Assembly (NCBI GenBank): GCA_934162535.1
Contig: CAKPJC010000007.1
Location: 3,773-67,772, forward strand
Direction: 5' to 3'
Length of the DNA stretch: 64,000 nt
DNA from: an uncultured Clostridia bacterium
GTDB taxonomy: Bacteria; Bacillota; Clostridia; TANB77; CAG-508
Below the pieces are notes generated by a model, which made no database searches, was not told where the DNA came from, and worked only from the letters and a program-made list of their open reading frames with translations. Position 1 is the first letter of the stretch. Every line of letters begins with the position of its first letter. Both the position numbers and the translations under genes were made by a program. Positions 1 through 9,624 of this stretch are shown piece by piece.

Positions 1-493
1 ATTCAACTGTTTCCTTATTGTTCTCTCTACTTGTCATTATGTACCATGGTATTGTTACACCATATTTTTGATTTGCTTCTTTTAGGTTTTCTGTTAATAT
101 TTCAAATAAGTATTTTCCTTTTCCATATACATCTAGTTTGAATGTTCCTTTTGGTCCAGAATGACCTAATCTTGTTCCTTGCCCTCCTGCCATCGTTACT
201 ACTGCATATTCTCCACTTTTTATGATTTCTCCCCCTAATTTGTCTAATTCTTCTTTTTGCTCAGTTGTAAGTTTCGCTTTGTCTACATATTTTAATGGCT
301 CTATTTTGCTTTCTTTGAATTGTATTTCTTTTTTTGTATTTTTATATAACTCACTTATTTGTTGGAAGTCTATTCTCTCTATTTGATCTATTAGTTCTTT
401 TTGTTCCTTTTCTCCTAATTCTTCTAGTAGTTTGATAATATGATCTTGGTTGTATTTTTCTAATATATTAATTGCATTATGCATTTTATTCAT
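1..493 (-). CDS. UDP-sugar pyrophosphorylase (UDPGP family, UDP-N-acetylhexosamine pyrophosphorylase-like), N-terminal part; C-terminus lies beyond the window start
   Basis: Absent from the ORF track because the window edge truncates it. My minus-strand translation from ATG (491-493) gives MNKMHNAINILEKYNQDHIIKLLEEL...GEYAVVTMAGGQGTRLGHSGPKGTFKL...IPWYIMTSRENN. MAGGxGTRLG plus PKG is the nucleotide-binding signature of the UDPGP family. AAGGAG RBS lies 7 nt upstream. Confidence 0.75.
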   Translation of the reverse strand, partial: MNKMHNAINILEKYNQDHIIKLLEELGEKEQKELIDQIERIDFQQISELYKNTKKEIQFKESKIEPLKYVDKAKLTTEQKEELDKLGGEIIKSGEYAVVTMAGGQGTRLGHSGPKGTFKLDVYGKGKYLFEILTENLKEANQKYGVTIPWYIMTSRENNKETVE

Positions 494-612
494 ATCTTTT
501 CTCCTTCTTGCTAGTGTTCTCATTTATATATTATATGTTCATAGCCATTTTATTCTATCATATTTGTATTTTTTTATCAAGGGAATTCTTAAAAATAAAG
601 CAGTCATAACAA

Positions 613-641
613 AAAGACAAGAAATTAAATCTTGTCTTTTT
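613..641. terminator. bidirectional intrinsic terminator hairpin
   Basis: AAAGACAAG-aaattaaat-CTTGTCTTT forms a perfect 9-bp stem, with an A-run on the 5' side and a T-run on the 3' side. It lies 14 nt beyond the stop of the 655..1530 minus-strand ORF. Confidence 0.5.
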
Positions 642-654
642 GTAAGCAATTCGG

Positions 655-1530
655 TTAGCTCGCTTTCTGGGCAACGAGTAGCCCCTGCTTTTCCAGGATT
701 TCAACCCAGTTGGGGTTGTCACACAAGATTTCGACCTTTTTGTTCTGGTCAGTTGCATATTTAATACACAACTTTGCAAACATAAGTCCTTGTTCGTACT
801 CTTCTTTGCCCATCTCGGAAGTCAAGAAGTCCTGGAATGTTGGCTCAACAATGAGCACATCCTCCTCTTTGGGCTCTTCCTTTCTGATATTTCTATCAGA
901 TTCTGGAGGATTAGTAGATACTGCTAAGCCTCCTTTAGGAATGTCTCCTTGATAGTTCGGTGCAATAATATACACCTTGCTACCTTCCATCTCCTCTACT
1001 TTGTATTGGAGATTATTTACTCTCTTTTCTGCAAGAGTAAGTTCGTTCCTTACCCACAACAGCTGTTGAGAGATATTGAAGTTCTCCTTCTCTATCTGTG
1101 CTCTCTTCTTTCTGGCTTCTTCAATCATGTGATCGATTTCCACCATCTTGCCTTGGTTGTTTCCTTTTTTTTCCATGTAGTCTCCCTCCTGTTTTTGGAG
1201 TTCAACCACTTGCTTTTTTAGCTCGTTTAGCATATTGTATGCATTCGCAAGCTTTCTGCTTTGTTCATTTTCCATTGGATTTACATCCAATGTTTCAGCC
1301 TCTTTCTTCAGGGGTGCTTCTTCAAGCTTCTGCCTGTCCCGTTCAATTTTTTGGGACATTTTTTTCACCTTTCCAAATACCTGCCAGCCCATCGCTCTTG
1401 TGCACATTCTGTCAAATTGTTCTAATGACAGATTGAGCTCATTGGCTTCCTCTTGGATGGTGGTTTCTCTTTGTTCCACTATCCGTTTATAGATAGCCGT
1501 AGCGTTGAACTTACCTCTTTGCTTTTTCAA
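655..1530 (-). CDS. hypothetical protein on a compositionally foreign (~40% GC) cassette; N-terminal HTH-like segment, long E/K/Q coiled-coil region, unknown C-terminal domain
   Basis: 291-aa ORF with a TTG start (1528-1530) and an AAAGGAGGG RBS 6 nt upstream. Amino-acid composition and GC differ clearly from all neighbours: hand counts over 120 nt give about 42%, against about 25% in the flanks. I recognise no family. Confidence 0.7.
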   Translation of the reverse strand: MKKQRGKFNATAIYKRIVEQRETTIQEEANELNLSLEQFDRMCTRAMGWQVFGKVKKMSQKIERDRQKLEEAPLKKEAETLDVNPMENEQSRKLANAYNMLNELKKQVVELQKQEGDYMEKKGNNQGKMVEIDHMIEEARKKRAQIEKENFNISQQLLWVRNELTLAEKRVNNLQYKVEEMEGSKVYIIAPNYQGDIPKGGLAVSTNPPESDRNIRKEEPKEEDVLIVEPTFQDFLTSEMGKEEYEQGLMFAKLCIKYATDQNKKVEILCDNPNWVEILEKQGLLVAQKAS

Positions 1531-1561
1531 TTAAAGCCCTCCTTTGAGCGTAATATTTTTT

Positions 1562-1590
1562 ATTATACCATATTTCCCCACGAATTTCAA
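1562..1590 (-). promoter_or_regulatory. sigma-A-type promoter for the 655..1530 ORF
   Basis: Minus strand reads TTGAAA - 17 nt - TATAAT with a TGg extended -10 (TTGAAAttcgtggggaaataTGgTATAAT). It lies about 30 nt upstream of the RBS. Confidence 0.45.
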
Positions 1591-1707
1591 TACCTTTACG
1601 TTCTTCTTCCATATTTTGTTATTTGTATACAGTCATATTTTTTTATTTGAACCATATATATTAGTAAAAGTTTGTCTTAACTATGATTTTTCAAGGAGGT
1701 ATTATAG

Positions 1708-3186
1708 ATGGAAAATGTAGGCTTATACCAAGATATAGCCAAACGAACTGATGGTGATATTTATATTGGAGTTGTCGGTCCTGTTAGAACTGGTAAATCT
1801 ACCTTTATTAAAAAGTTTATGGATTTACTCGTAATTCCCAATATAGATAATGAGTATAAAAAAGAAAGAGCTAAAGATGAGCTTCCACAAAGTGCTGGAG
1901 GCCGTACCATTATGACGACAGAACCTAAGTTTGTTCCAAATGAGGCTGTAGAAATTACTGTAGATAAAAATTTAAAATTAAGGACTCGATTAGTTGACTG
2001 TGTAGGTTATTTGGTTGACAATGCAATTGGTTATCTTGAAGATGATATGCCAAGAATGGTAAAAACACCTTGGTCAGATGAGGAAATCCCTTTTGAAAAA
2101 GCTGCTGAAATTGGCACAAGAAAAGTTATTGAAGAACATTCTACAATTGGTATTCTTATTACAACTGACGGGTCAATAACTGATATTCCACGAGCTGATT
2201 ATGTCAAGGCTGAGGAACGTGTTGCGTCTGAACTACAAGCACTTAATAAACCTTTCATTATTTTATTAAATTGTGAAAATCCTTTATCTTCTGATACAAG
2301 AGATTTGGCTTCACAGCTTTCTGAAAAATATAATACAAAAGTCATGCCTATTAATTGTGAAAATCTTTCTATTGATGATATAAATGAGATGTTCTCTAAT
2401 CTTTTATTAGAATTTCCTATTGAAGAGATTAGAATAACTTTCCCTAAATGGATTGATTTTCTTGACTTTTCTCATCCTCTAAAATGTAAAATTTTCGAGC
2501 AAATGCAAAGTGCTTTTTCAAATGCTCATGCATTAAAAGATGTTTCAGCGTGTACTTCTTCTCTTGATAATACAGATATTATCTCAGGATGCTTTATTAA
2601 TAATATTATGCTTGGTTCAGGTAGGGTTAATGTTTCTATTCAACTTAAAGATGAATTGTTTTATAATATTCTTTCTGAGATTACTGGTATTGAAATTGCA
2701 AATGAAGGAGATTTGTTCTCTATAATGAGTGAATTGGCTTCTGTAAAAAAGAAGTATGATAAGATTTCATATGCTCTTGAAGAAGTTAAAACTAAAGGTT
2801 ATGGTATTGTGACTCCTTCTATTGATGAGCTTATATTAGAAGAACCTGAAATGGTAAAACAAGGCTCAAGATTTGGTGTAAAACTTCGTGCTACTGCTCC
2901 TTCTATCCATTTGATAAGAGCTAATATTGAAACAGAGGTGTCTCCTATTGTCGGCTCTGAGAAACAGTCTGAAGAGCTTGTTAATTACTTACTTTCTGGA
3001 TTTGAAAATGATCCTACAAGTATTTGGAGTTCTAATATTTTTGGTAAGAGTTTAAATGAACTAGTTAATGAAGGATTACAAACTAAATTAGCAAAAATGC
3101 CAGAAGAAGCTCAAATGAAACTTCAAGAAACCCTTGAACGTATAGTCAATGAGGGCTCTGGTGGATTGATTTGTATCATATTATAA
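1708..3186 (+). CDS. spoIVA: stage IV sporulation protein A (spore-coat morphogenetic ATPase)
   Basis: 492 aa. N-terminus MENVGLYQDIAKRTDGDIYIGVVGPVRTGKSTFIKKFMD carries the SpoIVA Walker A. C-terminus ends ...GSGGLICIIL. AAGGAGG RBS. Confidence 0.95.
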   Translation: MENVGLYQDIAKRTDGDIYIGVVGPVRTGKSTFIKKFMDLLVIPNIDNEYKKERAKDELPQSAGGRTIMTTEPKFVPNEAVEITVDKNLKLRTRLVDCVGYLVDNAIGYLEDDMPRMVKTPWSDEEIPFEKAAEIGTRKVIEEHSTIGILITTDGSITDIPRADYVKAEERVASELQALNKPFIILLNCENPLSSDTRDLASQLSEKYNTKVMPINCENLSIDDINEMFSNLLLEFPIEEIRITFPKWIDFLDFSHPLKCKIFEQMQSAFSNAHALKDVSACTSSLDNTDIISGCFINNIMLGSGRVNVSIQLKDELFYNILSEITGIEIANEGDLFSIMSELASVKKKYDKISYALEEVKTKGYGIVTPSIDELILEEPEMVKQGSRFGVKLRATAPSIHLIRANIETEVSPIVGSEKQSEELVNYLLSGFENDPTSIWSSNIFGKSLNELVNEGLQTKLAKMPEEAQMKLQETLERIVNEGSGGLICIIL

Positions 3187-3194
3187 ATTATAAT

Positions 3195-3236
3195 GAACGA
3201 ACTTTATTCATAATAAAAGTTCGTTCTTCTTTCTTT
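3195..3236 (+). terminator. intrinsic terminator after spoIVA
   Basis: GAACGAACTTT-attcataat-AAAGTTCGTTC forms an 11-bp stem followed by a T-rich tract (ttctttctttc). Confidence 0.55.
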
Positions 3237-3367
3237 CAAAAAAATACCAATATTTTTTTATTTTATATTTTATTTTTCTTTTCATTGTAGTAAAATAATA
3301 TTTAGATTTAAAATTTATCTTGTTTAAATTTTTTATAAAATACCATACTTATATAGGGGGAATAAAA

Positions 3368-5974
3368 ATGTCAAATGAAAAAAAAGAAGATGTCAATATT
3401 GAAAAAATTTATGGACATCTCTGTAAAACTTCAAAAGAGGACTTTATTAAAGAATTCAAAATCAATGAGAAAGGATTATCTAATTCTGATGTTTCAGAAA
3501 GAATTAGAACTTGTGGCTACAATGAAGTAACACAAACCAAATCAAAAAAGTGGTATCATTATTTGCTGAAAAGTCTACTTTCGCCATTTAATAGTATACT
3601 AATTGGAATAGCTTTAGTTCTGTTATATACAGATGTATATCTGCCAGAAAATCCTGATTATGCCAATATAATCGTAATAGTTGTATTAGTAGCAATTAGC
3701 ACATTTCTTGAATTTTTCTCGGAATATAGATCAAACAAAGCTGCTGATAAATTAAAACAACTAGTTTTAACAACTGCTACGGTTGTAAGAAATGGTAAAA
3801 AAGAAAAAGTTCCTTTTAGAGAATTAGTAATTGGAGATACAGTTATTCTTTCAGCAGGTGACATGATTCCAGCAGATTTAAGAATAATAGAATCTAAGGA
3901 TTTATATGTTGGTCAATCATCATTAACAGGCGAGTCTGATGCTATAAAAAAAGTTGTAAATACAGAGTTCAAAGGTGAACTTGATAGTTTATCTGATATT
4001 GATACAATTTGTTTTATGGGAACAAATGTTATAAGTGGTAGTGCTAAAGGTGTTGTTGTTCTAACTTCTGATGATACATATTTTGGTAAAGTTGCAAAAA
4101 CACTAACAACAGGCAAACCTAAAACTGCATTTCAAAAAGGTATAGAAAATATTAGTAAGTTACTTATTAAATGTATGTTAGTTTTAATACCTATTGTTTT
4201 TTTACTAACTGTGTCAAAACATGATATTGTAACATCATTTACATTTGCTGTTGCAATTGCAATTTGTATAACACCACTTCTACTTCCTGTAATATTATCA
4301 AGCACATTGTCTAAAGGTGCTTTACGAATGTCTAAAAAGAAAACTATTGTAAAAAAACTCGACTCAATTCAAAGTTTTGGAGCTATGAATATCTTATGCA
4401 CTGATAAAACAGGAACATTAACAGAAGATAAGATTGTTCTTGAAAAATATCTTGATATTATGGGAAATGAAAATATAAGAGTTTTAGAACAGGCTTTTCT
4501 AAATTCATACTTTCAGACAGGCTTACGTAGTAATATAGATGAAGCAGTAATAAATCGTGGTATTGAAAATGGAATAGATGAGCTTTCTACTAAATATAAA
4601 CTTGTAGATGAGATACCATTTGACTTTTCAAGAAGAAGATTATCTGTTATTGTAAATGATGGAACCCAAACACAATTAATAACAAAAGGAGCTGTTGAAG
4701 AAATTTTAAGTATATCTACACAAGTTAGTTATCAAGGTAAAGTTTCTCCAATAACAAATGAAATAAAAAATAATATAAAAAGTATTGCCAAAGAATTGAA
4801 TAAACAAGGGCTTCGCGTTATAGCAGTTTGTCAAAAAAATAATTTAGATAAATCAACTGGTTTTAATGTATCTGATGAAAAAAATATGATTTTAATTGGA
4901 TTCATCGGATTTCTTGATCCACCAAAAGAATCTGCAAAATCATCAATTGAAATGTTGTATAAAAATGGCATCAGAGTAGTTGTTTTAACAGGTGATAATG
5001 TAGAAGTCACAAAATGTGTATGTGATAAAGTCGGAATAAAGTCTAAAGATATTATAACTGGTATTCAGTTAGATAGACTACCAGATATAGCTGTTAAGAG
5101 AATTGTAAAAAGAAATAATATTTTTGCGAAGTTGTCTCCTATACAAAAAGCTCGTATAGTAAGATTATTAAAAGATTCTGGAAATGTTGTAGGCTACATG
5201 GGAGATGGAATAAATGATAGCCCTTCTCTTGTAAATTCGGATGTTGGAGTATCTGTTGATACTGCTGTAGATATTGCAAAGGAATCTGCTGATATAATAT
5301 TACTTGAAAAAGATTTGCATGTTTTACTTGATGGTGTAAAAGAAGGTAGACACACTTTTGCTAATTTAATGAAATACATCAAATTAGCTGCAAGTTTCAA
5401 TTTTGGAGAGGTTATGTCTGTAATAATTGCAAGTATATTACTTCCATTTTTGCCTGAAACACCTATTCAATTGCTTGTAGAAGGCTTATTATATGATTTC
5501 GGACAATTGACATTACCTTTAGATAATGTTGATGAAGAATATTTGAATAAACCTAAAAAGTTTAATATAAAAAGTTTGAAAAACTTTATGCTATTTATGG
5601 GACCACTTAGTTCTGCTTTTGACTTAATTGTATTTGCACTAGTATGGTTTGTATTTGGAGTTCGTGAAGCTGCAATATTCCAAACAATTTGGTTTACTTA
5701 TAGTGTCGTATCTAATTTGATGGGTATGCATGTTATTAGAACTGCTAAAGTACCTTTTAAACAAAGTCATGCATCAAAAGCTGTATATGCTTCTTCAATA
5801 TTACTAAGCATAGTTGCAATTATTATACCTTATACATTTATAGGTCATTCTATAGGTTTAGTAGGACTTGCACCACAATATTTCTTAATAATAATTGGTG
5901 TTCCAATTCTTTATTGTTTTGTTGCAGGTTTTGCTAAAAAGGTTTATATTAAAAAATTTGGAGAATGGATATAA
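3368..5974 (+). CDS. mgtA: magnesium-translocating P-type ATPase (MgtA/MgtB type)
   Basis: P-type ATPase motifs are present: [28 protein letters not shown]. Overall MgtA-like architecture. I place the start at ATG 3368 (MSNEKKED...) after GGGGGAAT, not at the track's TTG at 3320. Confidence 0.9.
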   Translation: MSNEKKEDVNIEKIYGHLCKTSKEDFIKEFKINEKGLSNSDVSERIRTCGYNEVTQTKSKKWYHYLLKSLLSPFNSILIGIALVLLYTDVYLPENPDYANIIVIVVLVAISTFLEFFSEYRSNKAADKLKQLVLTTATVVRNGKKEKVPFRELVIGDTVILSAGDMIPADLRIIESKDLYVGQSSLTGESDAIKKVVNTEFKGELDSLSDIDTICFMGTNVISGSAKGVVVLTSDDTYFGKVAKTLTTGKPKTAFQKGIENISKLLIKCMLVLIPIVFLLTVSKHDIVTSFTFAVAIAICITPLLLPVILSSTLSKGALRMSKKKTIVKKLDSIQSFGAMNILCTDKTGTLTEDKIVLEKYLDIMGNENIRVLEQAFLNSYFQTGLRSNIDEAVINRGIENGIDELSTKYKLVDEIPFDFSRRRLSVIVNDGTQTQLITKGAVEEILSISTQVSYQGKVSPITNEIKNNIKSIAKELNKQGLRVIAVCQKNNLDKSTGFNVSDEKNMILIGFIGFLDPPKESAKSSIEMLYKNGIRVVVLTGDNVEVTKCVCDKVGIKSKDIITGIQLDRLPDIAVKRIVKRNNIFAKLSPIQKARIVRLLKDSGNVVGYMGDGINDSPSLVNSDVGVSVDTAVDIAKESADIILLEKDLHVLLDGVKEGRHTFANLMKYIKLAASFNFGEVMSVIIASILLPFLPETPIQLLVEGLLYDFGQLTLPLDNVDEEYLNKPKKFNIKSLKNFMLFMGPLSSAFDLIVFALVWFVFGVREAAIFQTIWFTYSVVSNLMGMHVIRTAKVPFKQSHASKAVYASSILLSIVAIIIPYTFIGHSIGLVGLAPQYFLIIIGVPILYCFVAGFAKKVYIKKFGEWI

Positions 5975-5988
5975 AAAAAATTACAAAA

Positions 5989-6024
5989 AAGAGATTTGAG
6001 TTAAAATTTTATTTCAAATCTCTT
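5989..6024. terminator. bidirectional terminator between convergent mgtA and dnaE
   Basis: AAGAGATTTGA-gttaaaattttat-TCAAATCTCTT forms an 11-bp stem with A/T runs on both sides. Confidence 0.5.
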
Positions 6025-6034
6025 CCTTTAATAT

Positions 6035-9000
6035 TTATATCTTACAGTTTTCTTTTCCAATAATATTTTCAAAGACTTTTAGTATTTCCTCAGTTAAATA
6101 TATTGCACCACATGGTTTTAGTTCTTCTCCTATTTTTATTACAACCCCTATATTGTTTTGCTCTCCACCAAAGAATTTTATTGCACCTCTTAATCTGGAT
6201 TTTTGTTCCTCATTTATATTGGTAATATCTAAGGTTAGTAATTTCTTTTTGTTTTCTTCAAAATTTTTTATGTCTCTTGCAACAATTTTGGTTTCTTCAT
6301 CTTCTCGTATGCTTAATCTTCCATCAATAGCGACAATATTTTCTTCTATCAATATATCTTGTGATTTTAAGTATGTTGGTTCAAATACAATAATTTCTGC
6401 TGTTCCATATAAGTCTTCTAGTGTTACAAATGCCATTATTTTATTATTTTTTGTATATTTCTTTTTCACAGATGTTATTATTCCTGCTATTTTCACATCT
6501 TGCCCATCAGTAAATTTTTCGCTTTCTTTTACACTAATGTCCATAACATTTTCACCAATTTCCGAAACTGAGTTTATTTCATCAATTTCATGCATTTGAA
6601 GTGAATTTATAGTTGTCGTAGCAATTATTTGATCTCTTATTTTTTCAAGTGGATGTCCTGAAACATATATTCCAAGCATTTCTTTTTCCATTGATAATAA
6701 TTCTTTTTCACTTAATTCTGGTCTTTCTATGAAATTATATTTTATTTCATTTAGGTTATTTTCTTCTTCTGCCGAACTCCCTAAATCAAACATTGAAACT
6801 TGTCCATTCATTCCTTTTTTATTATAGCTTTGTATCGTGTCTATGATTATTTCAAATGAACTTAATAGTGTTGCTCTTGTTTCTGGGAATTCTGCAAATG
6901 TTCCAGCTTTTACTAAACTTTCAACACATTTTTTGTTTACCGCTTCTCCAGCCATTCTTTCACAAAAGTCTGTAAAACTCGTAAATTTCCCATTTTGCTC
7001 TCTTTCTTTTATTATATTTTCTACAGGCTGTATTCCAACATTTTTTATACTTCCCAGTCCAAAACGTATTTTTCCATTTTCTACTGTAAATTTTGTACTA
7101 CTCATATTTATATCTGGTTTTAAAATTTCTATTCCAAGTTTTTTACACTCATCAATATATGCAGGTACTTTATCAAGGTTTCCTAAAAAGCTATTAAGCA
7201 TTGATGCCATGAATTCTGCTGGATAATATGCTTTTAGATATGCTGTTCTATATGCCACAACTGCATAACATGCAGCATGTGATTTATTAAATGCATATTT
7301 TGCAAATTCTGCCATTTCATCAAATATTTTATTTGCTGACTCTGCATCTATTCCATTTCGTACACAACCTGGTACTATCACATTTCCATTTTCGTCTACT
7401 TGTCCATTTATAAATACTTCTCTTTCTTTTGCCATTACATCAAGTTTCTTTTTTCCCATCGCTCTACGCACTAAATCTGCTCTACCAAGTGAGTATCCTG
7501 CTAAATCTCTTACTATTTGCATTACTTGCTCTTGATATACCATACATCCATATGTTACATTTAGGATTGGTTCAAGACTTGGATGTGTATATTCATTATG
7601 TCCTGGGTTTTGCTTTCCTCTAATATATCTTGGTATTTGATCCATTGGGCCAGGTCTATATAATGAAACTCCAGCTATTATATCTTCTAAACAGTCTGGC
7701 TTTAGTTCTTTCATGAAGTTTGTCATTCCTTGTGATTCAAATTGGAATATCCCACATGATTTTCCTTGTTGCCATAATTTATATACTTTAGGGTCTGCCA
7801 TTTCTTTGTCAAATTCTACATCTATTCCTCTTCCTTGTTTTACTAGGTTTATTGTATCTTGTATTACTGTTAATGTCCTTAATCCTAAAAAGTCCATTTT
7901 TAGAAGTCCAAGTTCTTCAAGTGTTGTCATTATATATTGTGTTGATATTTGATTATCTCTAACATATAGTGGAACATATGAGTCAACTGGTTCTTTTGTT
8001 ATTACTACACCACATGCATGTGTTGATGCCTGTCTTGGCATTCCTTCAAGTCCCTTGGCGATTTCTAATAGTTTATGTATTTCTTCATTTTTTTCATATA
8101 GGTCTTTTAGTTCTTTGTTTTGTTCTAAGGCTTTTTTTATTGTTATGTGTAATTCATTTGGTATCATTTTAGCAAGTTTGTCTGCCTCTGCATATGGAAA
8201 GTCTAATACTCTTGCAACATCTCTTATTACCATTCTTGCCGACATTGTTCCAAATGTAATTATTTGTGATACATGTTCATGTCCATATTTTCTTGATACA
8301 TAGTCTATTACATCTTGTCTATGTTCATAACAAAAGTCAACATCAAAGTCTGGCATGCTTATTCTTTCTGGATTTAAAAATCTCTCAAATAGTAATCCAT
8401 ATTTCATTGGGTCTATGTCTGTAATTTCTATTGCATATGCTAATATTGAACCTGCCCCAGAGCCCCTCCCTGGTCCTACTGGTATATTGTTACTTTTGGC
8501 ATAATGTATAAAATCCCATACTATTAAATAATAGTCTACATATCCCATTTTTTTTATTATTCCTAATTCATATTCGGCTCTTTTTATTATTTCTTCTGAT
8601 GGGTTTTCTCCATATCTCTTTTTTATTCCATCATCACATAATTTTTTTAAGAAATCATAATGTGTTTCAAATTCAGGTGGTACATCATAATTAGGTAATA
8701 TTGTATGTCCAAATTCAAAATTCACATTACATTTGTCTGCAATTTTTACAGTATTTTCTATTGCATCAGGAAATGCTGAAAAATATTCACTCATTTCTTC
8801 TGGTGATTTTACATATAATTCATCTGTTTCAAATTTCATTCTGTCTTCATCACTCATTCTTTTTCCAGTTTGAATACATAATAGTATTTCATGATTATAT
8901 GCATCTTCTTTTTTTAGATAATGAGCATCATTTGTTGCAACTAGTGGTATATCTAGCTTTCTTGCAAGTTGTACTAATTTTTGATTTATTAGAACTTGCT

Positions 9001-9541
9001 CTTTTATTCCATTATTTTGAATTTCTATGTAATAGTCTTCTCCAAATATTTCTTTATACCATAGTGCAATTTCTTCTGCCTTTTCTTCTTGTCCATTTAT
9101 TAATGCTTGGCTTACAGCTCCTGCTAAACAACCACTTAAACAAACTATTCCTTCATGGTATTTTTCTATGACTTCTGCATCTATTCTTGGCTTATAGTAA
9201 TACCCTTCTGTAAATCCTATTGATACTAATTTACATAAGTTTTTGTATCCCTGTGTGTCTTTTGCAAGCAGTATTAGATGATTATATTTGTTATCTATAT
9301 TTGGTTCTTTATTAAATCTTGATCTTTGCGCTACATATACTTCACATCCTATAATTGGCTTTATTCCTTCTTTTTTACACGCTTTATAAAAGTCAATAGC
9401 TCCATACATTACTCCATGGTCTGTTATTGCCATCGCTTTCATTCCTAGCTCTTTTGCTCTTACAGGTAAGTCTTTTATTCTGTTTGCACCATCTAGTAAA
9501 CTAAATTCACTATGTATGTGTAAATGTACAAATTCTGACAT
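6035..9541 (-). CDS. dnaE: DNA polymerase III subunit alpha (DnaE type)
   Basis: 1168 aa. N-terminal PHP domain (MSEFVHLHIHSEFSLLDGA), polymerase core (GLLKMDFLGLRTLT) and an OB-fold region near the C-terminus. Confidence 0.95.
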   Translation of the reverse strand: MSEFVHLHIHSEFSLLDGANRIKDLPVRAKELGMKAMAITDHGVMYGAIDFYKACKKEGIKPIIGCEVYVAQRSRFNKEPNIDNKYNHLILLAKDTQGYKNLCKLVSIGFTEGYYYKPRIDAEVIEKYHEGIVCLSGCLAGAVSQALINGQEEKAEEIALWYKEIFGEDYYIEIQNNGIKEQVLINQKLVQLARKLDIPLVATNDAHYLKKEDAYNHEILLCIQTGKRMSDEDRMKFETDELYVKSPEEMSEYFSAFPDAIENTVKIADKCNVNFEFGHTILPNYDVPPEFETHYDFLKKLCDDGIKKRYGENPSEEIIKRAEYELGIIKKMGYVDYYLIVWDFIHYAKSNNIPVGPGRGSGAGSILAYAIEITDIDPMKYGLLFERFLNPERISMPDFDVDFCYEHRQDVIDYVSRKYGHEHVSQIITFGTMSARMVIRDVARVLDFPYAEADKLAKMIPNELHITIKKALEQNKELKDLYEKNEEIHKLLEIAKGLEGMPRQASTHACGVVITKEPVDSYVPLYVRDNQISTQYIMTTLEELGLLKMDFLGLRTLTVIQDTINLVKQGRGIDVEFDKEMADPKVYKLWQQGKSCGIFQFESQGMTNFMKELKPDCLEDIIAGVSLYRPGPMDQIPRYIRGKQNPGHNEYTHPSLEPILNVTYGCMVYQEQVMQIVRDLAGYSLGRADLVRRAMGKKKLDVMAKEREVFINGQVDENGNVIVPGCVRNGIDAESANKIFDEMAEFAKYAFNKSHAACYAVVAYRTAYLKAYYPAEFMASMLNSFLGNLDKVPAYIDECKKLGIEILKPDINMSSTKFTVENGKIRFGLGSIKNVGIQPVENIIKEREQNGKFTSFTDFCERMAGEAVNKKCVESLVKAGTFAEFPETRATLLSSFEIIIDTIQSYNKKGMNGQVSMFDLGSSAEEENNLNEIKYNFIERPELSEKELLSMEKEMLGIYVSGHPLEKIRDQIIATTTINSLQMHEIDEINSVSEIGENVMDISVKESEKFTDGQDVKIAGIITSVKKKYTKNNKIMAFVTLEDLYGTAEIIVFEPTYLKSQDILIEENIVAIDGRLSIREDEETKIVARDIKNFEENKKKLLTLDITNINEEQKSRLRGAIKFFGGEQNNIGVVIKIGEELKPCGAIYLTEEILKVFENIIGKENCKI

Positions 9542-9624
9542 TATTTTTCTCCTTTTTTTCTTTTGAAGCTATTTTATCACATTTTTTTTGTTTTTAAAAG
9601 GTATTTGTTTATATTATTACAAAC

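Noticed and set aside
450-764. 104-aa plus-strand ORF spanning the 494-654 intergenic region
   Set aside because: It starts inside the antisense of the UDPGP gene, runs through a terminator hairpin and into the antisense of the foreign ORF. It has no RBS.
710-1492. Four plus-strand ORFs (710..952, 949..1221, 1098..1436, 1235..1492) antisense to the 655..1530 gene, and likewise 14683..15015 / 15005..15226 in the second island
   Set aside because: Higher GC lowers stop-codon frequency, so long antisense or alternate-frame ORFs are expected. None has an RBS, and their compositions (S/F/L/C-rich) look non-protein-like.
1633-1660. Possible sigma-E promoter for spoIVA (TCATATT - 13 nt - CATATATA)
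   Set aside because: The motifs resemble the sigma-E -35 and -10 elements. I cannot verify the correct spacing by eye, and AT-rich DNA gives many such matches, so I did not report it as a feature.
3187-3367. M-box (Mg2+) riboswitch upstream of either mgtA
   Set aside because: Both leaders are almost pure A/T and lack the conserved GC-containing helices. I recorded the absence as a low-interest finding rather than a feature.
6153-9171. Numerous plus-strand ORFs inside dnaE, and similar F/L/I-rich antisense ORFs throughout the track (for example within the LRR gene, the pilus locus and the cps genes)
   Set aside because: These are typical antisense artefacts of an AT-rich genome. Each lies wholly inside a confidently identified gene on the other strand.
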